From the human T2T-CHM13v2.0 reference genome, Homo sapiens: a DNA stretch of 64,000 nucleotides. A program made the translations under genes and the position numbers. The stretch lies in NCBI RefSeq assembly GCF_009914755.1, contig NC_060928.1; one strand, given 5' to 3'. This document shows positions 1-16,098 of this stretch, piece by piece; the first letter of the stretch is position 1; each line of letters opens with the position of its first letter. The notes under the pieces were generated by a model. The model saw nothing but the letters and a program-made list of their open reading frames with translations. It ran no database searches and was not told where the DNA came from.

Positions 1-128
1 AAACATGACACTGCAGCACGTATTGGAAAATACTGAGTTTGGTGGGAGTCGAGGTGGACCAGGGAACTGCCTGCTTACCTGCTTAGGCTGTGCCTGTGAT
101 ATCTCAATCTCAGTATATCCAACAGTTG

Positions 129-160
<32 letters not shown>

Positions 161-609
161 GTTTTGTTTTGTTTTTAGAGCACACATCTTGAGGATGGTT
201 TGCAGTCTGGGCCACCATAGTACTCACACAGGGCCTCCTGACTCTAATCTGGAGCTGATGTTTCCCTGGATGCCTTCCTTTTATGGGAATCCCACAGGGC
301 TACAGGATGGGACCAAGGAGTACAAAGGTGCTAGGGTACCTCTAGTGGCTCTAGGGGAATCTAATTCTTCCATTCATGTGGGTGATGCTGCTGAACATGT
401 CAAGTTTGTACAGGACATGACCTTCCCTCCTGGACTGGATGAATAAGGCCAAAAGGTCTGGCTCAAGCAACAAGGGCAATGGGTGCCCTGAGAGGTAGTA
501 GCCTCAGTACTGGAACAGACAGCCTGGGTTGTCATATCTGGGCAGCTGATACTCCAAGTAATAGAAAAGAGCACCTCCGACCACAGGAAGCGTGAGAAGT
601 GGGTGCCTA

Positions 610-806
610 ATCTTTCCTCCTCTTGTTTCTTCACAGTACATGGATTGAGAACATATCAGCGAAGATCATCCCAGCAGTAGCAGCAGTGAAAGACCGGAAT
701 CGTTGCCAGGTCTTCCACTTGAGTATTGTGAGCCTATTCCTCCAGATTAATAGTTCACATGTGGCCTATTGCAAATGTGACAGGGGTCCCAGTGGCCATC
801 AGTGGG
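610..806 (+). repeat. 197-bp direct repeat, copy 1
   Basis: Matches 1368-1564 with about 6 substitutions counted by eye. Confidence 0.95.
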
Positions 807-905
807 TTCTGATCAGACAGTGCCACCCTCAGTCTGGGTTCAGATACACAGAATACATAATATACCCCATGAACGAAGCTTACCTTAACCATAGGTATAA
901 AATAA

Positions 906-1234
<329 letters not shown>

Positions 1235-1367
1235 TAAAAATAGATTTCAGAGTTAGGTTTAATTCTATGCTCACTAAAACATCCCAGCTGTTTTCAGAAA
1301 CATGAAAAGTCCTAAGTTGCAGTGTGACTTTTCTTGGTGTCCATCCTGAGGGCTTAGTCTGTTCCAG

Positions 1368-1564
1368 ATCTTTCCTCCTCTTGTTTCTTCACAGTACATG
1401 GATTGAGAACGTATCAGCGAAGATCATCCCAGCAGTAGCAGCAGTGAAAGACTGGAAGCGTTGCCAGGTCTTCTGCTTGAGTATTGTGAGCCTATCCCTC
1501 CAGATTAATAGTTCACATGTGGCCTATTGCAAATGTGACAGGGGTCCCAGTGGCCATCAGTGGG
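1368..1564 (+). repeat. 197-bp direct repeat, copy 2
   Basis: Matches 610-806. ORFs 623..940 and 1324..1614 share the peptide FLHSTWIEN...GPSGHQW. Confidence 0.95.
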
Positions 1565-1950
1565 AGCCACACCACCAGACATCAGACGGGTTTGTGGAGG
1601 GTTGCTTTAATTAATCACCCTCCTTAAACTTGTCATTAACATAATGCACCCAGTCCAGAATCAGTTGCCAGTCAGACCTACAGCAGCCCCACCATGCCCA
1701 CGGCACCCCTACATGCCTACCATGGGAATCCAGTTCTTGGCTAGCTCCTGGTAGCATGAACCCAGGAAACCTCACTCAGCATCGCTGCACCATCCACACC
1801 CTTAGGGTGAACCTGTCTGCCAGCCTGGCCACAATCCAGTGGTATCCTGCCACCTGAACCATGGTTAAACCAGACACACATTTTGTACAATTGGACTAGA
1901 GACTCTTAGAAAAACTGCTTCTTGGCCAGAGTTAAATATGTGCTCTCTTG

Positions 1951-2620
1951 GGTTACATATTCCTCTGTGGGGTGTAGTAGCTTGCAGAGTGCCTGTCCTC
2001 CTTAGATGGGGAATGTTGTTTGAGAATTTGGGGTCCTTCAGTGTTTGTGCAAGATGACACTCCAAATTGGAAGGGCCACATACTTCTGGCACATCACAGG
2101 GTTGCCTGAGTCAATTTGCCAGGAAAACAAACATGCCTGGTTCCACTCTGCTGCCCATGTCCTCATACACAGTATAGGCACACAGGTCCTGGATAAAGAT
2201 GATACACATCTTGTCATTGACTGTGTGGAGATAGCGAATGCTACTGCCTGTGCTATTAAGGACCAGCGGGATGCATTAAACTCACTAGCCAAGGTGGTGA
2301 TGGACAACGAAAGTTCTCAATTATCTGCTGGCAAAATGGGATGGCATTTGCATGACTGCCAACACCTCTTGCTGGGTATAAATCAATAATTTAGGCAAGG
2401 TAGAAAGTGAGCTAGAGAAGATTCCTGCTGAAGCGGGGTGCTGGTCAGCTATGCACACGCAGTGCCCCCAAGACTCATTCTTTCACCTCTTTAGCACACT
2501 CAATCCTGGCCCTTGGGGGCTCCTGGTTGAGGACCATCCTCCAAGGACTGATCATCCTATGGGTCTGGTTCTCCTAGTCACCCTGATGAAGGGCTGCCTC
2601 GAAATGACAAGGAGTCTCTA
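1951..2620 (+). pseudogene. Retroviral env remnant (SU C-terminus and TM ectodomain)
   Basis: GYIFLCG at 1951. Heptad region IANATACAIKDQRDALNSLAKVVMDN (ORF 2045..2389). After a frameshift at ~2309, KVLNYLLAKWDGICMTANTSCWV*INNLGKVE, a degenerate immunosuppressive domain plus CX6CC motif. Hydrophobic segment at ~2540-2600. Confidence 0.75.
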
Positions 2621-2758
2621 CAAACAGACTGCATCCATATCAGTGGTTCACACCACTAAACCCATTTCTCCCTCTAGATTTAGGGTGGGCAATGATCCTA
2701 CTGGATTTGATGTGCTTTATCTGCTGTTTCAGTGGCTAAGTGAGGGTCAGGGGTGGAC

Positions 2759-3739
2759 CGTTGGGAAAGGAAGACTCAGGTATGAAGTCTTTTTATACCC
2801 CCTCCTCCGTGGACATGGCCACATAAGAATTGGCCATGGGCCCGGAACATGTCTTTACTAAGAGCCCACACAGCCTGGGCCAGGCTTGTTGCTTTGTGCG
2901 GGAAAACCTTTCCCTGTTTCAGGCTCAAGGTGTTCAGTGTGTGCATCAACGACCTTCAGACACGCTCCCCAGCTCTCAGTGTTTCAGATTCTGTGGTGGT
3001 GGGGGTGGGTGTAGGTAGTCGGGGCAGGGGTGTGTGTCAAAGGGTCATGCTGCTACAGCACAAGAGAGGGGCAAGGAGGCCAATTGCCCTGTGTCTGCTG
3101 CAGGGGGACCCATTGGCCATGGGAGACCAACTCTGACTATTGAAACTGCTTCTGCTCTGTCTCTTCTGTATGTGAGTAAATCATTGTTCCGTCCCATTCT
3201 TGACTGCACTTGAACTTCTGCTCCTGATAATAGGTGTCAACCGTAGATAATGAGATTCAGAAAATATGACTGAATATAGAGCTTATTTGAATGCAAATCT
3301 TGAGGATAGCCACCTGGGAAACACAGACTCCAAACGAATAGGGTCAGCATTCCAAAGTGGAGAAGTTAAGGTTTCACTTACATAGGCAGACAGAGAAGTT
3401 TCAGCAGGATTACATTTTTGATACAAGACCAGCACATATGTTATAATGATTTGCTACAATGATTTGTTACAGTGATTTGGTTACAGATTGCTACATGGCA
3501 AGAAAGATTACTGTGTTAACCCCTTAGGAATGATAATGATCTGAGGGTGTCTTCTCTCTGGTCCCGCTTGTTCTTCCTAATTACTTACAGGGAAAAAAAT
3601 GCAGAAGATGCAGCTAAATGCCATGTGACTAAGGCCACATAGCCACATTCCTCTCAAGGCTCAGAATAATTTAAAATTCAAACAGCTTTAAGTTTGAATT
3701 ATCTACTTTCACATAGGCAATAGTGCCACTTGCTCAACA
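2759..3739 (+). mobile_element. 3' LTR of the ERV (MER54/MER73/MER74-like), interrupted by a younger LTR
   Basis: Starts cgttgggaaagg (decayed TGTTG) right after the polypurine tract and ends ...ctcaaca at 3739. AGTAAA-type polyA signal at ~3175. Family name from recall. Confidence 0.55.
3235..3713 (-). mobile_element. ERV1 (MER4-group-like) solo LTR nested in the older LTR
   Basis: TG...CA termini flanked by a 4-bp TSD tagg (3231-3234 and 3714-3717). Confidence 0.7.
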
Positions 3740-3850
3740 CTAAATATGGTAGAGCAGAGAGAAAGAAGCCCGAGCCTCTGATAACTTTGTGGAGCCACGG
3801 TATCAGCTTTGGCTGTCTCTTCCAGCCAATAAGCTTAAGCCTCTGTTTAA

Positions 3851-5015
<1,165 letters not shown>

Positions 5016-5463
5016 GTCTCCTGACTGTTGAACTCTCCCAGTGAATGTTGGTATCTTCATCTCAAGCTCCTGCTGGACTTTTTTTTTTTTTTAATCTGCT
5101 TGTCCCGTTACTTCCAAGTCAACATTTATCATTAAACTCCCCATCATCGCCCAAATAACTTGCCTTCACAGCTTCTCTCTTCCTAAGTAGGAAGGGAGCA
5201 TTTAGGGCCCTGAACAAGGCACTGGTTTATGTTCTGTCACACTCATAAACCTGTATCCCCTGATTCTGCATTTCATTTCCCAAATGGGGTCATCTAGCAA
5301 GTTCCATCAAAAATTCATGCCTTCAGCTAGCTTATCTGCTGTTCCAAGATAAGTTTCAAAAAAAGGTAAAACCATGACTCTCAAAGAGATATAAAAATGG
5401 GTCTGGGCATGGTGGCTCACACCTTAAATCCCAGTACTTTGCCAGGCCAAGGCGGGAGGATCA

Positions 5464-5739
<276 letters not shown>

Positions 5740-5923
5740 TTAAAGATTTTATGTAACTCATGAAGAAACCAGAAAATCGTTATATCTGGCTCAAAACAGA
5801 ATTTTAAGATTGGATATGTGTGCCGGGTGTGGTGGCTCATGCCTGTAATCCCAATACTTTGGGAGGCAGAGGTAGGAGGATTGCTTGAGCTCAGGAATTT
5901 GAGACCAGCCTGGGCAATGTGGT

Positions 5924-6554
5924 TGATATGACTCCGATGACTAGAGGGACACCAGGGTTCTTGGTCTCACACCTATAGGATTAACAACAGGGACACACGT
6001 GGAGTGGTTTTAAGGAGCAAAAAGGCAAGAACGAAGGAAGGAAGGAAGAAGAAAACAGCTCCCCTGAACAGAGACAGAGGGAGGGGGGATTCAAACAAAG
6101 AGAAAACCCCGTGTGCTGCGGAAAAGTGGCTGCTTATATTGGGATGCTGGAGGAGGCAGTGTCTGGTTTCCACTGGGCCCAGGAGATTGGTTTGACCAGG
6201 TGTGTCATCACATAGTTCGTGGAAAAACTGGCCCTCCTATCCTAGCCTTTTAATATGCAAATGTAGAGTGCCATGATGTTCTACACACTTGGGGATATGT
6301 GGGGGTGGCCCTGTTGTCAGGCACATGTGAGCACAAGGGCAAGAAAAAGATGGCGGGAATCGCCAAGTTTGGGTGGACCCAGTTTCTCATGGCCTTCCTG
6401 TGCATATCAAAGCTTGCCAGCTGGCTCTAAGAGCCAGGGCTTTCCTGCTAGAAAAGAAATATTTCTGGAGCTGCTTTAAAAGAACCAAAAACTTCCCAAG
6501 GACCCCTTTTCCTCTCTATCTGCAGAAAATAATTTCTTAATAACTCCTATAACA
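5924..6554 (-). mobile_element. ERV1 solo LTR inserted into an AluJ-like element
   Basis: TG...CA termini with 4-bp TSD tggt (5920-5923 and 6555-6558). The Alu left part 5822-5923 continues seamlessly at 6559-6755. Confidence 0.8.
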
Positions 6555-7891
6555 TGGTGGAACCCCATTTCTACAAAAAAATACAGAAATTAGCTGGGCG
6601 TGGCAGCATGCGCCTGTAGTCCCAGCTACTCAGGAGACTGAGGTGAGAAGACTGCTTGAGCTGGGGAGGTCAAGGATGCAGTGAGCTGAGATCATGCCAC
6701 TGTACTCCAGCCTGGGCAAAGAGCAAGACCCTGTCTCAAAAAAGAAAAAAAAAAAGGATATATTTATAGATCAGGAATATTGAAATGAATGTGCAAATGG
6801 AGATAAAACTGGTTTTGCCACATGGGATGATGGGCTGCCAACTGAATGCCCATCAATCGGACAGGATAGCACATAGCACTTACATATCTATAGACAAGAG
6901 TTGACTGCATCTCATAACTGTCTGCAATTTACAGAGTTGTGAAAAAGCTTCCATAGAATCTTAATAAGATAACCCAAAGGAATTCCCTCAACAGTTTCTC
7001 TGGGCCGGGCATGGTGGTGTGCACTTGTAATCCCAGTGCTTTGGAAGGCTGTGGTGTGAGGATCACTTCAGCCCAGGAATTCGAGACCAGCCTGGGCAAC
7101 ATAGAGAGGCCCCATCTCTACTAAAAGCAAGCAAACAAACAAACAAACAAAAGCCAGGCCTAGTGGCAGAAGCCTGTAGTCTCAGCTACTCGGGAGGCTC
7201 AGGTGGGAGGATCACTTGAGCCCAAGAGTTCAAGTTTACAGTGAGCTATGATTGTGCCACTGCACTCCAGCCTGGGCAATAGAGCCAGATCCTGTCTCTA
7301 AAAAAAGGGTTTCTCTGGATGATGCATTGGTTTTCACTAAGGCACCACTCTTCCCAACACTGCTCAGTCTTTCTCCACCCTTGACTCCAGCGTCTACCAA
7401 TCATAGTAAAATATAGCTTTCACCACCCCACCAGCTTCTGCAAAGAGTGTCTATTGACTCCCACAACCACAATAAACATCTCTTCCTGCCTTTCAAGATT
7501 CCCTTTAATCCAGCATCACTGTCTTTGTATAACCACCTCTTATTCCAGGCAGGCCTGATCTCTCCACCCCAAGCCAAGCCAACGCCCTCCCACACATTCT
7601 CCTGACCCAGACGTCCCCTCAATCATCTATAGCATTCTCATTCTGCTGGCTCCTTTCAAGCTTTCTTTTTGTTTTTGCTTCTATTATCTGAAAGCCACAC
7701 ATAGCACCTATTCTGTTCTTTAATTATAGATGCTACCTGCACTAGACCTTGATCATGAATTCATTCAAACATATTATGAGCACCTTGCATTCGTTCCAGG
7801 GACAGTCTAAATGCTAGATCTAGGCACTGGCTATGCAGAGATGAAAAAGGCATGGCTCCCTAGATGAGTGGGGGGAAAAAGACAATGAGAA

Positions 7892-9187
<1,296 letters not shown>

Positions 9188-9417
9188 AGAATACAGGTGA
9201 TTGGCACTTTGAGACAGGCCGCTTTGGGAGCAGAGGGAGGGCACATAACCCAGACAGGGAAGGTCAGCAAGTATTTCTTGGAAGAAGTGGCATTGGTCAA
9301 GCAAAGAAGGGAGCAGAAGGAACAGGAGCATATGCACATATAACTCTGTGAAACACTGCCTTTTCTTTTTTTATAACAATATTTTTACAATCACCATATC
9401 TCTTGCCTCTACTAGAT

Positions 9418-10252
<835 letters not shown>

Positions 10253-11808
10253 ATAATAAAATCCTTGAAGACAGGGACACTGTTTTAGATTCTTTTTTAT
10301 CCCATGATTTCTAACAGAAAAACATCTTAAGCACCTTGTAAACTTAGGGTTTGAAGGATGACTAAATCTTTCATCCCAAAGTGATCCACAATCCTGATTA
10401 TTTGTAGACTGTGAAATGTACTTTTCTTTTGTACCATTAGGCATGTGAAAATGTAAATGGTGTGGTCCTTGAAGCAAAGAGAAAAGTAAATGATACACCA
10501 GAGTCTCAGGCTGGACCCGCAAGTCAATAAAACAGGTAATAAATTCAGCTGAGCAGATACAGACAAGGGTAACCTACAGCTCTGAGGCTTGGATGCCTCT
10601 GAAGCTCAGAGACCCTCTACTCACATACCAAGGAGGGGACAGGTTTTCGCATTCCATTTTTTAGTTTCAGAAACTGCGGCCTGATCTATCACGTTGGAAG
10701 GAGGGAAGAGCTGTAAAGTGAATGTAAAGATTTCGCTGTCTTTGGAGCAAATATAGATAAAATTTGGTGAGTTTATTGAGTTTATGATGCAACTCCATTT
10801 TAACTATCTAGAGAAGGTGGAAGCCAGAGTGGACCTACCAGTCCAACCCACTCAGCCTTCAAGAGAGGAAGATCAAATCTCTCCTCTGGAGTGTCTAGCT
10901 CTTGGAGAGTGAAATAGACATTCTTTCTTTCCTGCAACTGAGCTCAAGGTGAAGACTTTGCTCACTGCAGCTGGTGTAAGCCTCCCCACACCCCTGCACC
11001 TCAGCTAAAATTGCAATCAGATCAACAGTGGTGTAATTTTTTTAAAAAGAGATGGGGTCTTGCTCTGTGACCTAAGCTGGAGTGTAGTAGTACAATTATG
11101 GCTCACTGCAGACTCAACCTCCCAGGCTCAAGCAAACCTCCTACCTCAGTCTCCCCATTAGCGGGACTACAGGCACACATCTGGCTAATTTTTTAACTTT
11201 TTGTAGAGATGGGTATCTCACTACCTTGCCCAGGGTGGTCTTGAACTCCTGGGCTGAGTCGATCCTCCCACCTCGGCCTCCCAAAGTCCTGGGATTATAA
11301 GCATGAGTCACTGCACCCAGCTGGCTGGTGTCATTATTAAGAACAATTTTTGTATCCCTCCTCGTGCTTACCCATATTCTCCGAGTTGCATTCAGCTGTG
11401 TACTTTTTTACAATGAGAAATTTAAAACCAGCCGGGCGCGGTGGTTCACGCCCGTAATCCCAGCAATTTGGGAGGCCAGGGCGGGTGGATCACTTGAGGT
11501 CAGTAGTTCAAGACCCACCTGGCCAACATGGTGAAACTCCATCTCTACTGAAAATACAAAAATTAGCCAGGCGTGTTGGCGGGCGCCTGTAATCCCAACT
11601 ACTTGGGAGGCTGAGGCAGGAGAATCGCTGGAACCCAGGGATGGAGGTTGCAATAAGCTGAGATCACACCAGTGCACTCCAGCCTGGGTGACAGAGCAAG
11701 ACTCCGTTAAAAAAAAAAAAGTAAAAAATAAGGAATTAAAAAAAACAAAACGCTTTACAGAAAATAAAAATATATAAAAATATTGAGCACTACTTGAAAA
11801 CTTTCTGT

Positions 11809-12341
11809 TGAAACCATCCCCACTGTGTTGACAAAAATTTCATGCCAAGTTCTAGGCAGAAATATAGTTATAATTAAGCATTAATCAGGCTGTACTTTGG
11901 CCCACTTCCTTGTTGCTAAAAGTCACCTAGCACTACATACTGACCATTTGCATTCCCATTGTTCCTACAGACAGGATCTCTGACATTAGAATCATAAGCT
12001 TTCTGTTTAAGGATCGCTTAAGATATTTTTCAGACCTTGAATTCCAGCTACCAGTTTGAAGATCCCCAGAGAGGAATGGGGTCAGCTTAAGAATACAGGT
12101 TCTTCAACGCCCTGTCCCATGACTTCACCCTGCACTCTTCAATCAACGATCTCCACACTATAGCCCTCTCCAAAACCCTTAAAAACCTTGACCCCAAATT
12201 CCTCAGGGAGATGGATTTGAGGTTTCCTCCCATCTCCTCCTTTGGCGACTCCATGATTACACCTCTTTCTCTGCTGCAACCCTGGTGTCTGGGCGTATTG
12301 ACTTGCTATGTGCACGAGTCAACGAACCTAATAGTGTTACA
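11809..12341 (+). mobile_element. ERV1 (MER4-group-like) solo LTR about 1.3 kb upstream of LAP3
   Basis: tgaaaccatccc...gtgttaca termini and typical ERV1 LTR body (cttaaaaacc...gagatggatttgagg). No clean TSD seen. Confidence 0.6.
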
Positions 12342-12413
12342 TCATTTTCAAAAACAGTATTTACACCGTTGCACCTGTGGAACAGATGAAAGGACACGAA
12401 TAAAAATAACTCA

Positions 12414-13040
<627 letters not shown>

Positions 13041-13295
13041 CGAAAACTCAGTGGGAGTGTCTTCACTATGCAGTCGTCTATTCAGCAACCTTGACAACAA
13101 GCTCTGGCACTCAGTTTCTATTTCCCGGGAGTTGCCCAGCGCTCCGCCCACGCCCGCTTGCAGAACTCGCCCCGCCTCCGCCCCACCCATCGTGTGACGT
13201 CACCATATCGGTCCCGCCCCTCTACTTCGCGTTGCTCCCGGGACTGTCAACCGCGTCCGGAAGCCCCGCCTTTTCGCCCCCGCCCGCACGCGCAC

Positions 13296-13413
13296 GCGCA
13301 CACGAATGCGGGCGCACACGAATGCGGGCGCACACGAATGCGGGCGCACACGAATGCGGGCGCACACGAATGCGGGCGCACACGAATGCGGGCGCACACG
13401 AATGCGGGCGCAC
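13296..13413 (+). repeat. 16-bp minisatellite (GCGCACACGAATGCGG) x 7.4
   Basis: Seven perfect tandem units plus a partial unit, with ATGs at 13306, 13322, 13338, 13354, 13370, 13386 and 13402. Confidence 0.97.
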
Positions 13414-13629
13414 CCTTGAGTCCCCTCCACAGCCGCGGTTTGATCCCAGCGGTCCAGTCGGCCGGTGCTGCCCATCCGTCCCGCCCCCTAGACGCACGTC
13501 CGCTCGCCCGGCGCCCGAGCCAGTCCGCGCGCACGCCGTCTGCGCCCCGAAAGCCCCGCCCCAAGGCGCGCCCGCCCACCGCTCTCCACGTGCTCGCTGG
13601 AGGGCGGTGCGAGGGGCCGAGCCGACAAG

Positions 13630-13731
13630 ATGTTCTTGCTGCCTCTTCCGGCTGCGGGGCGAGTAGTCGTCCGACGTCTGGCCGTGAGACGTTTCGGGAG
13701 CCGGAGTCTCTCCACCGCAGACATGACGAAG
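13630..13731 (+). CDS. LAP3: LAP3 coding exon 1 (Arg-rich mitochondrial-presequence-like N-terminus; second in-frame Met32 at 13723)
   Basis: MFLLPLPAAGRVVVRRLAVRRFGSRSLSTADMTK, then donor GTGAGA. 102 nt. Confidence 0.97.
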
Positions 13732-15100
13732 GTGAGAGGCGGCGGCTCGCTCATGGTCCGCCGCTGGGGCCCTGCCCGTGGGCTACTGGGGCTGCGGGGC
13801 TGGTCGAAGCCGCGGTGTCCTGGGCGCCCAAGCCAAGTTGCAAAAATCAGTTTAAAAGAAAAATTCTCTCCTTGCGGGGATCGGCCTAGGCCGCTGAGGA
13901 CCCCAGCGGTCGTATTGAGGGCGCGATTCCCCTGCTCGGGGCTAGGGGGTGATGGCTGTAGCCGCCCTTTACCCGGCTCCACTCGGCCGCGCACTTGCTC
14001 CAGTCGTCACCCGCGGTCCTGGCAGTAACCCGGGGAAAGACGCGGCGGTGGGGCTCCCATCCGAGCTTGGAGGAAGCCCGAGTTTGCCAAGGTGAAAGGG
14101 TTTCTGAGGTCCCAGAGTCACAGGGCTCCTTCCCCCGCGGAAGTGAAAGGTCAGGGAGTTAAGTAGCTTGGAAGGGTTTCTAGAGGAAAAGCATGCCTCT
14201 CTAGAGAAAAGGGCTTTGCGGAGAGACCCACGTTTCCCAGAATTAAGAGCATCTTCCAGAAGAAAAGTGAACTCCAAAAAATTACGAAGGTCGCTCTTCA
14301 GATGTGAAGGATCTGCAAAGGGAATGGCTCTCGGAACCAGCACAAGCTTGGGAGTCATGCCTAAGCACCAGAAAGAGATGACTGTCCCTGCAGAAGAACG
14401 TTCTAGGGGGAGCTTGAGCTCCAGTCTCCTGCAGGTATCTCAGTGGTGGAGGGACCAGTCGCCTGACCAGTGCTATCTCCAGTACTGTGCCACAGCCTAC
14501 CCAGATAACAGTTGCTCAGTTGGCTCCATTGATTCCCGGGGAGTGAACAATCTTAGGGAAGTTAGAACCTGGCAGAGTTACCAATGCCAAGGAAGGCCGT
14601 TTTCTTTGGTGGAAAAGACCGAGAGGGCACTATTCTAAGTGTCTGTGTGGTTTTGTGGAAAGATCAACTGCTGGGCGGGAAGACATCTGGATTCTCACTC
14701 AGTCCTACCACACAGGAGCTCCTGTCTCAAACTAGGTTTCAGTTTCCTTATCGGTCAAGGGGGATAAGGCTACTTGTTCTTTCCACCTCACAGAGTTGCC
14801 ATGAGGCAGACAAAACATTTTTAAAGTCATAAATTGCCGTGCAAAAGTAAATACTAAGTATTACTAGGTTTGCTTCCTCATTTCTGGTATTTGAGACCTG
14901 AGACTTGTGAAGGAGATGAAGGGAGTGAGCCGCTAAGTGCTTAGCAGAGTGCTTCTACCCTCCCTAGGAAGTTGGTACTTCTCTTACAGCCTCTGTGTTG
15001 ACCACAGTCCTTACGTGGCAACAGTCCTTACGATGGGAGGCACAGCCATTGGCTTGACTGGAACGGCATCCTAGAATATCTGGGATTTGCACTTGAGGAT

Positions 15101-15648
15101 TGTAGGGGAGGAAAATCTTCCCTCTATCCTCCTAGGTTCTGTGGCTGGGCCTAAGAAAACTGACATAAGATGTATTAACAAGAGAAAAGGATACAGATTT
15201 TATTTACTATTTTTACGTGTACACAGGAGTCTGCAAGAGGAAAATGAAGACCTGAAGAAGCGTTGGGCCCAAAAGCTTGTATACCTTTTTAAACAAAGAA
15301 CAATGCATTGTGGGGGTGTGACAAGACAAAGGGGCTTGGGTTAGTAAATTGTGGAATAATGACTAGGAAATCATATGGGGGTAACTAACAGAAGATAAGG
15401 GTGAGTTCAGTAGGTTTATTTGTACAGGTCCATTTTGGTGTTGACTTCCAGTTTCTGGTGATAAGAATGTTCTCCTTTTCCTGGTACAGGAAGATCACCT
15501 TTCTCATGGGAATTTGTGTGACCTGCTTTTAGGGAGAAAGGGAGGTCAGAGAGTACCTCTGCACCTGCTGTTTCTCAAGCGCCTTTGGCTGAAAATAACT
15601 AATGTGCCAAAGCGGTATATTTTGGAGTGGCATGTTCTGAATCCTTTC
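15101..15648 (-). mobile_element. MER34-like solo LTR in LAP3 intron 1
   Basis: TG...CA termini, near-TSD ggat/gggt, and similarity to the 9418-10252 element in reverse orientation. Confidence 0.6.
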
Positions 15649-15982
15649 AGGGTCTATCTTGGTGACAAATAGATTTTTCTTAAACAAAACATCTTTCTGC
15701 TTTATTTGAAAGTGAAGCCGTCTCCTAGGAGTGAGCACAGAAACCCAGGGCAATGTCCAGGACGGGCAGTGATGGGTCTTGCTTTGGCAGGAATCTGAAA
15801 CACTTGGGCAGGTGCACATGTAGCTGACCCCAGCACCTGCTTCTTTTTTTGCTTTCTTCTGTCCATGGGGAGGACACGGTTTGGGTGGAATTATTTGTTC
15901 CTTCTGGAATTTGGGGACTCCTGAGCCTCTCTAAGGGATCTACTCTAATTCTATTATATTTACGTTTTTTGCTTATTCCCAG

Positions 15983-16098
15983 GGCCTTGTTTTAGGAATC
16001 TATTCCAAAGAAAAAGAAGATGATGTGCCACAGTTCACAAGTGCAGGAGAGAATTTTGATAAATTGTTAGCTGGAAAGCTGAGAGAGACTTTGAACAT
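15983..16098 (+). CDS. LAP3: LAP3 coding exon 2
   Basis: Acceptor ttcccag; [18 protein letters not shown]...RETLN; donor GTAAGT. 116 nt. Confidence 0.97.

Larger units (their letters stand above)
13100..14150 (+). promoter_or_regulatory. LAP3: LAP3 CpG-island promoter and first exon region
   Basis: High GC and CpG density. ISRE AGTTTCTATTTCC 13113-13125, full CRE TGACGTCA 13195-13202, ETS CCGGAAG 13257-13263, NRF1 CGCGCACGCGCA 13289-13300, several GC boxes, E-box CACGTG 13587-13592. No TATA box seen. Confidence 0.9.

Noticed and set aside
2045-2861. Possible domesticated env (syncytin-like) gene
   Set aside because: Frameshift at ~2309, in-frame stops, degenerate furin and CX6CC motifs, and no intact long ORF.
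13296-13413. CRISPR-like array
   Set aside because: Units are directly tandem with no spacers, the context is eukaryotic, and there are no cas genes.
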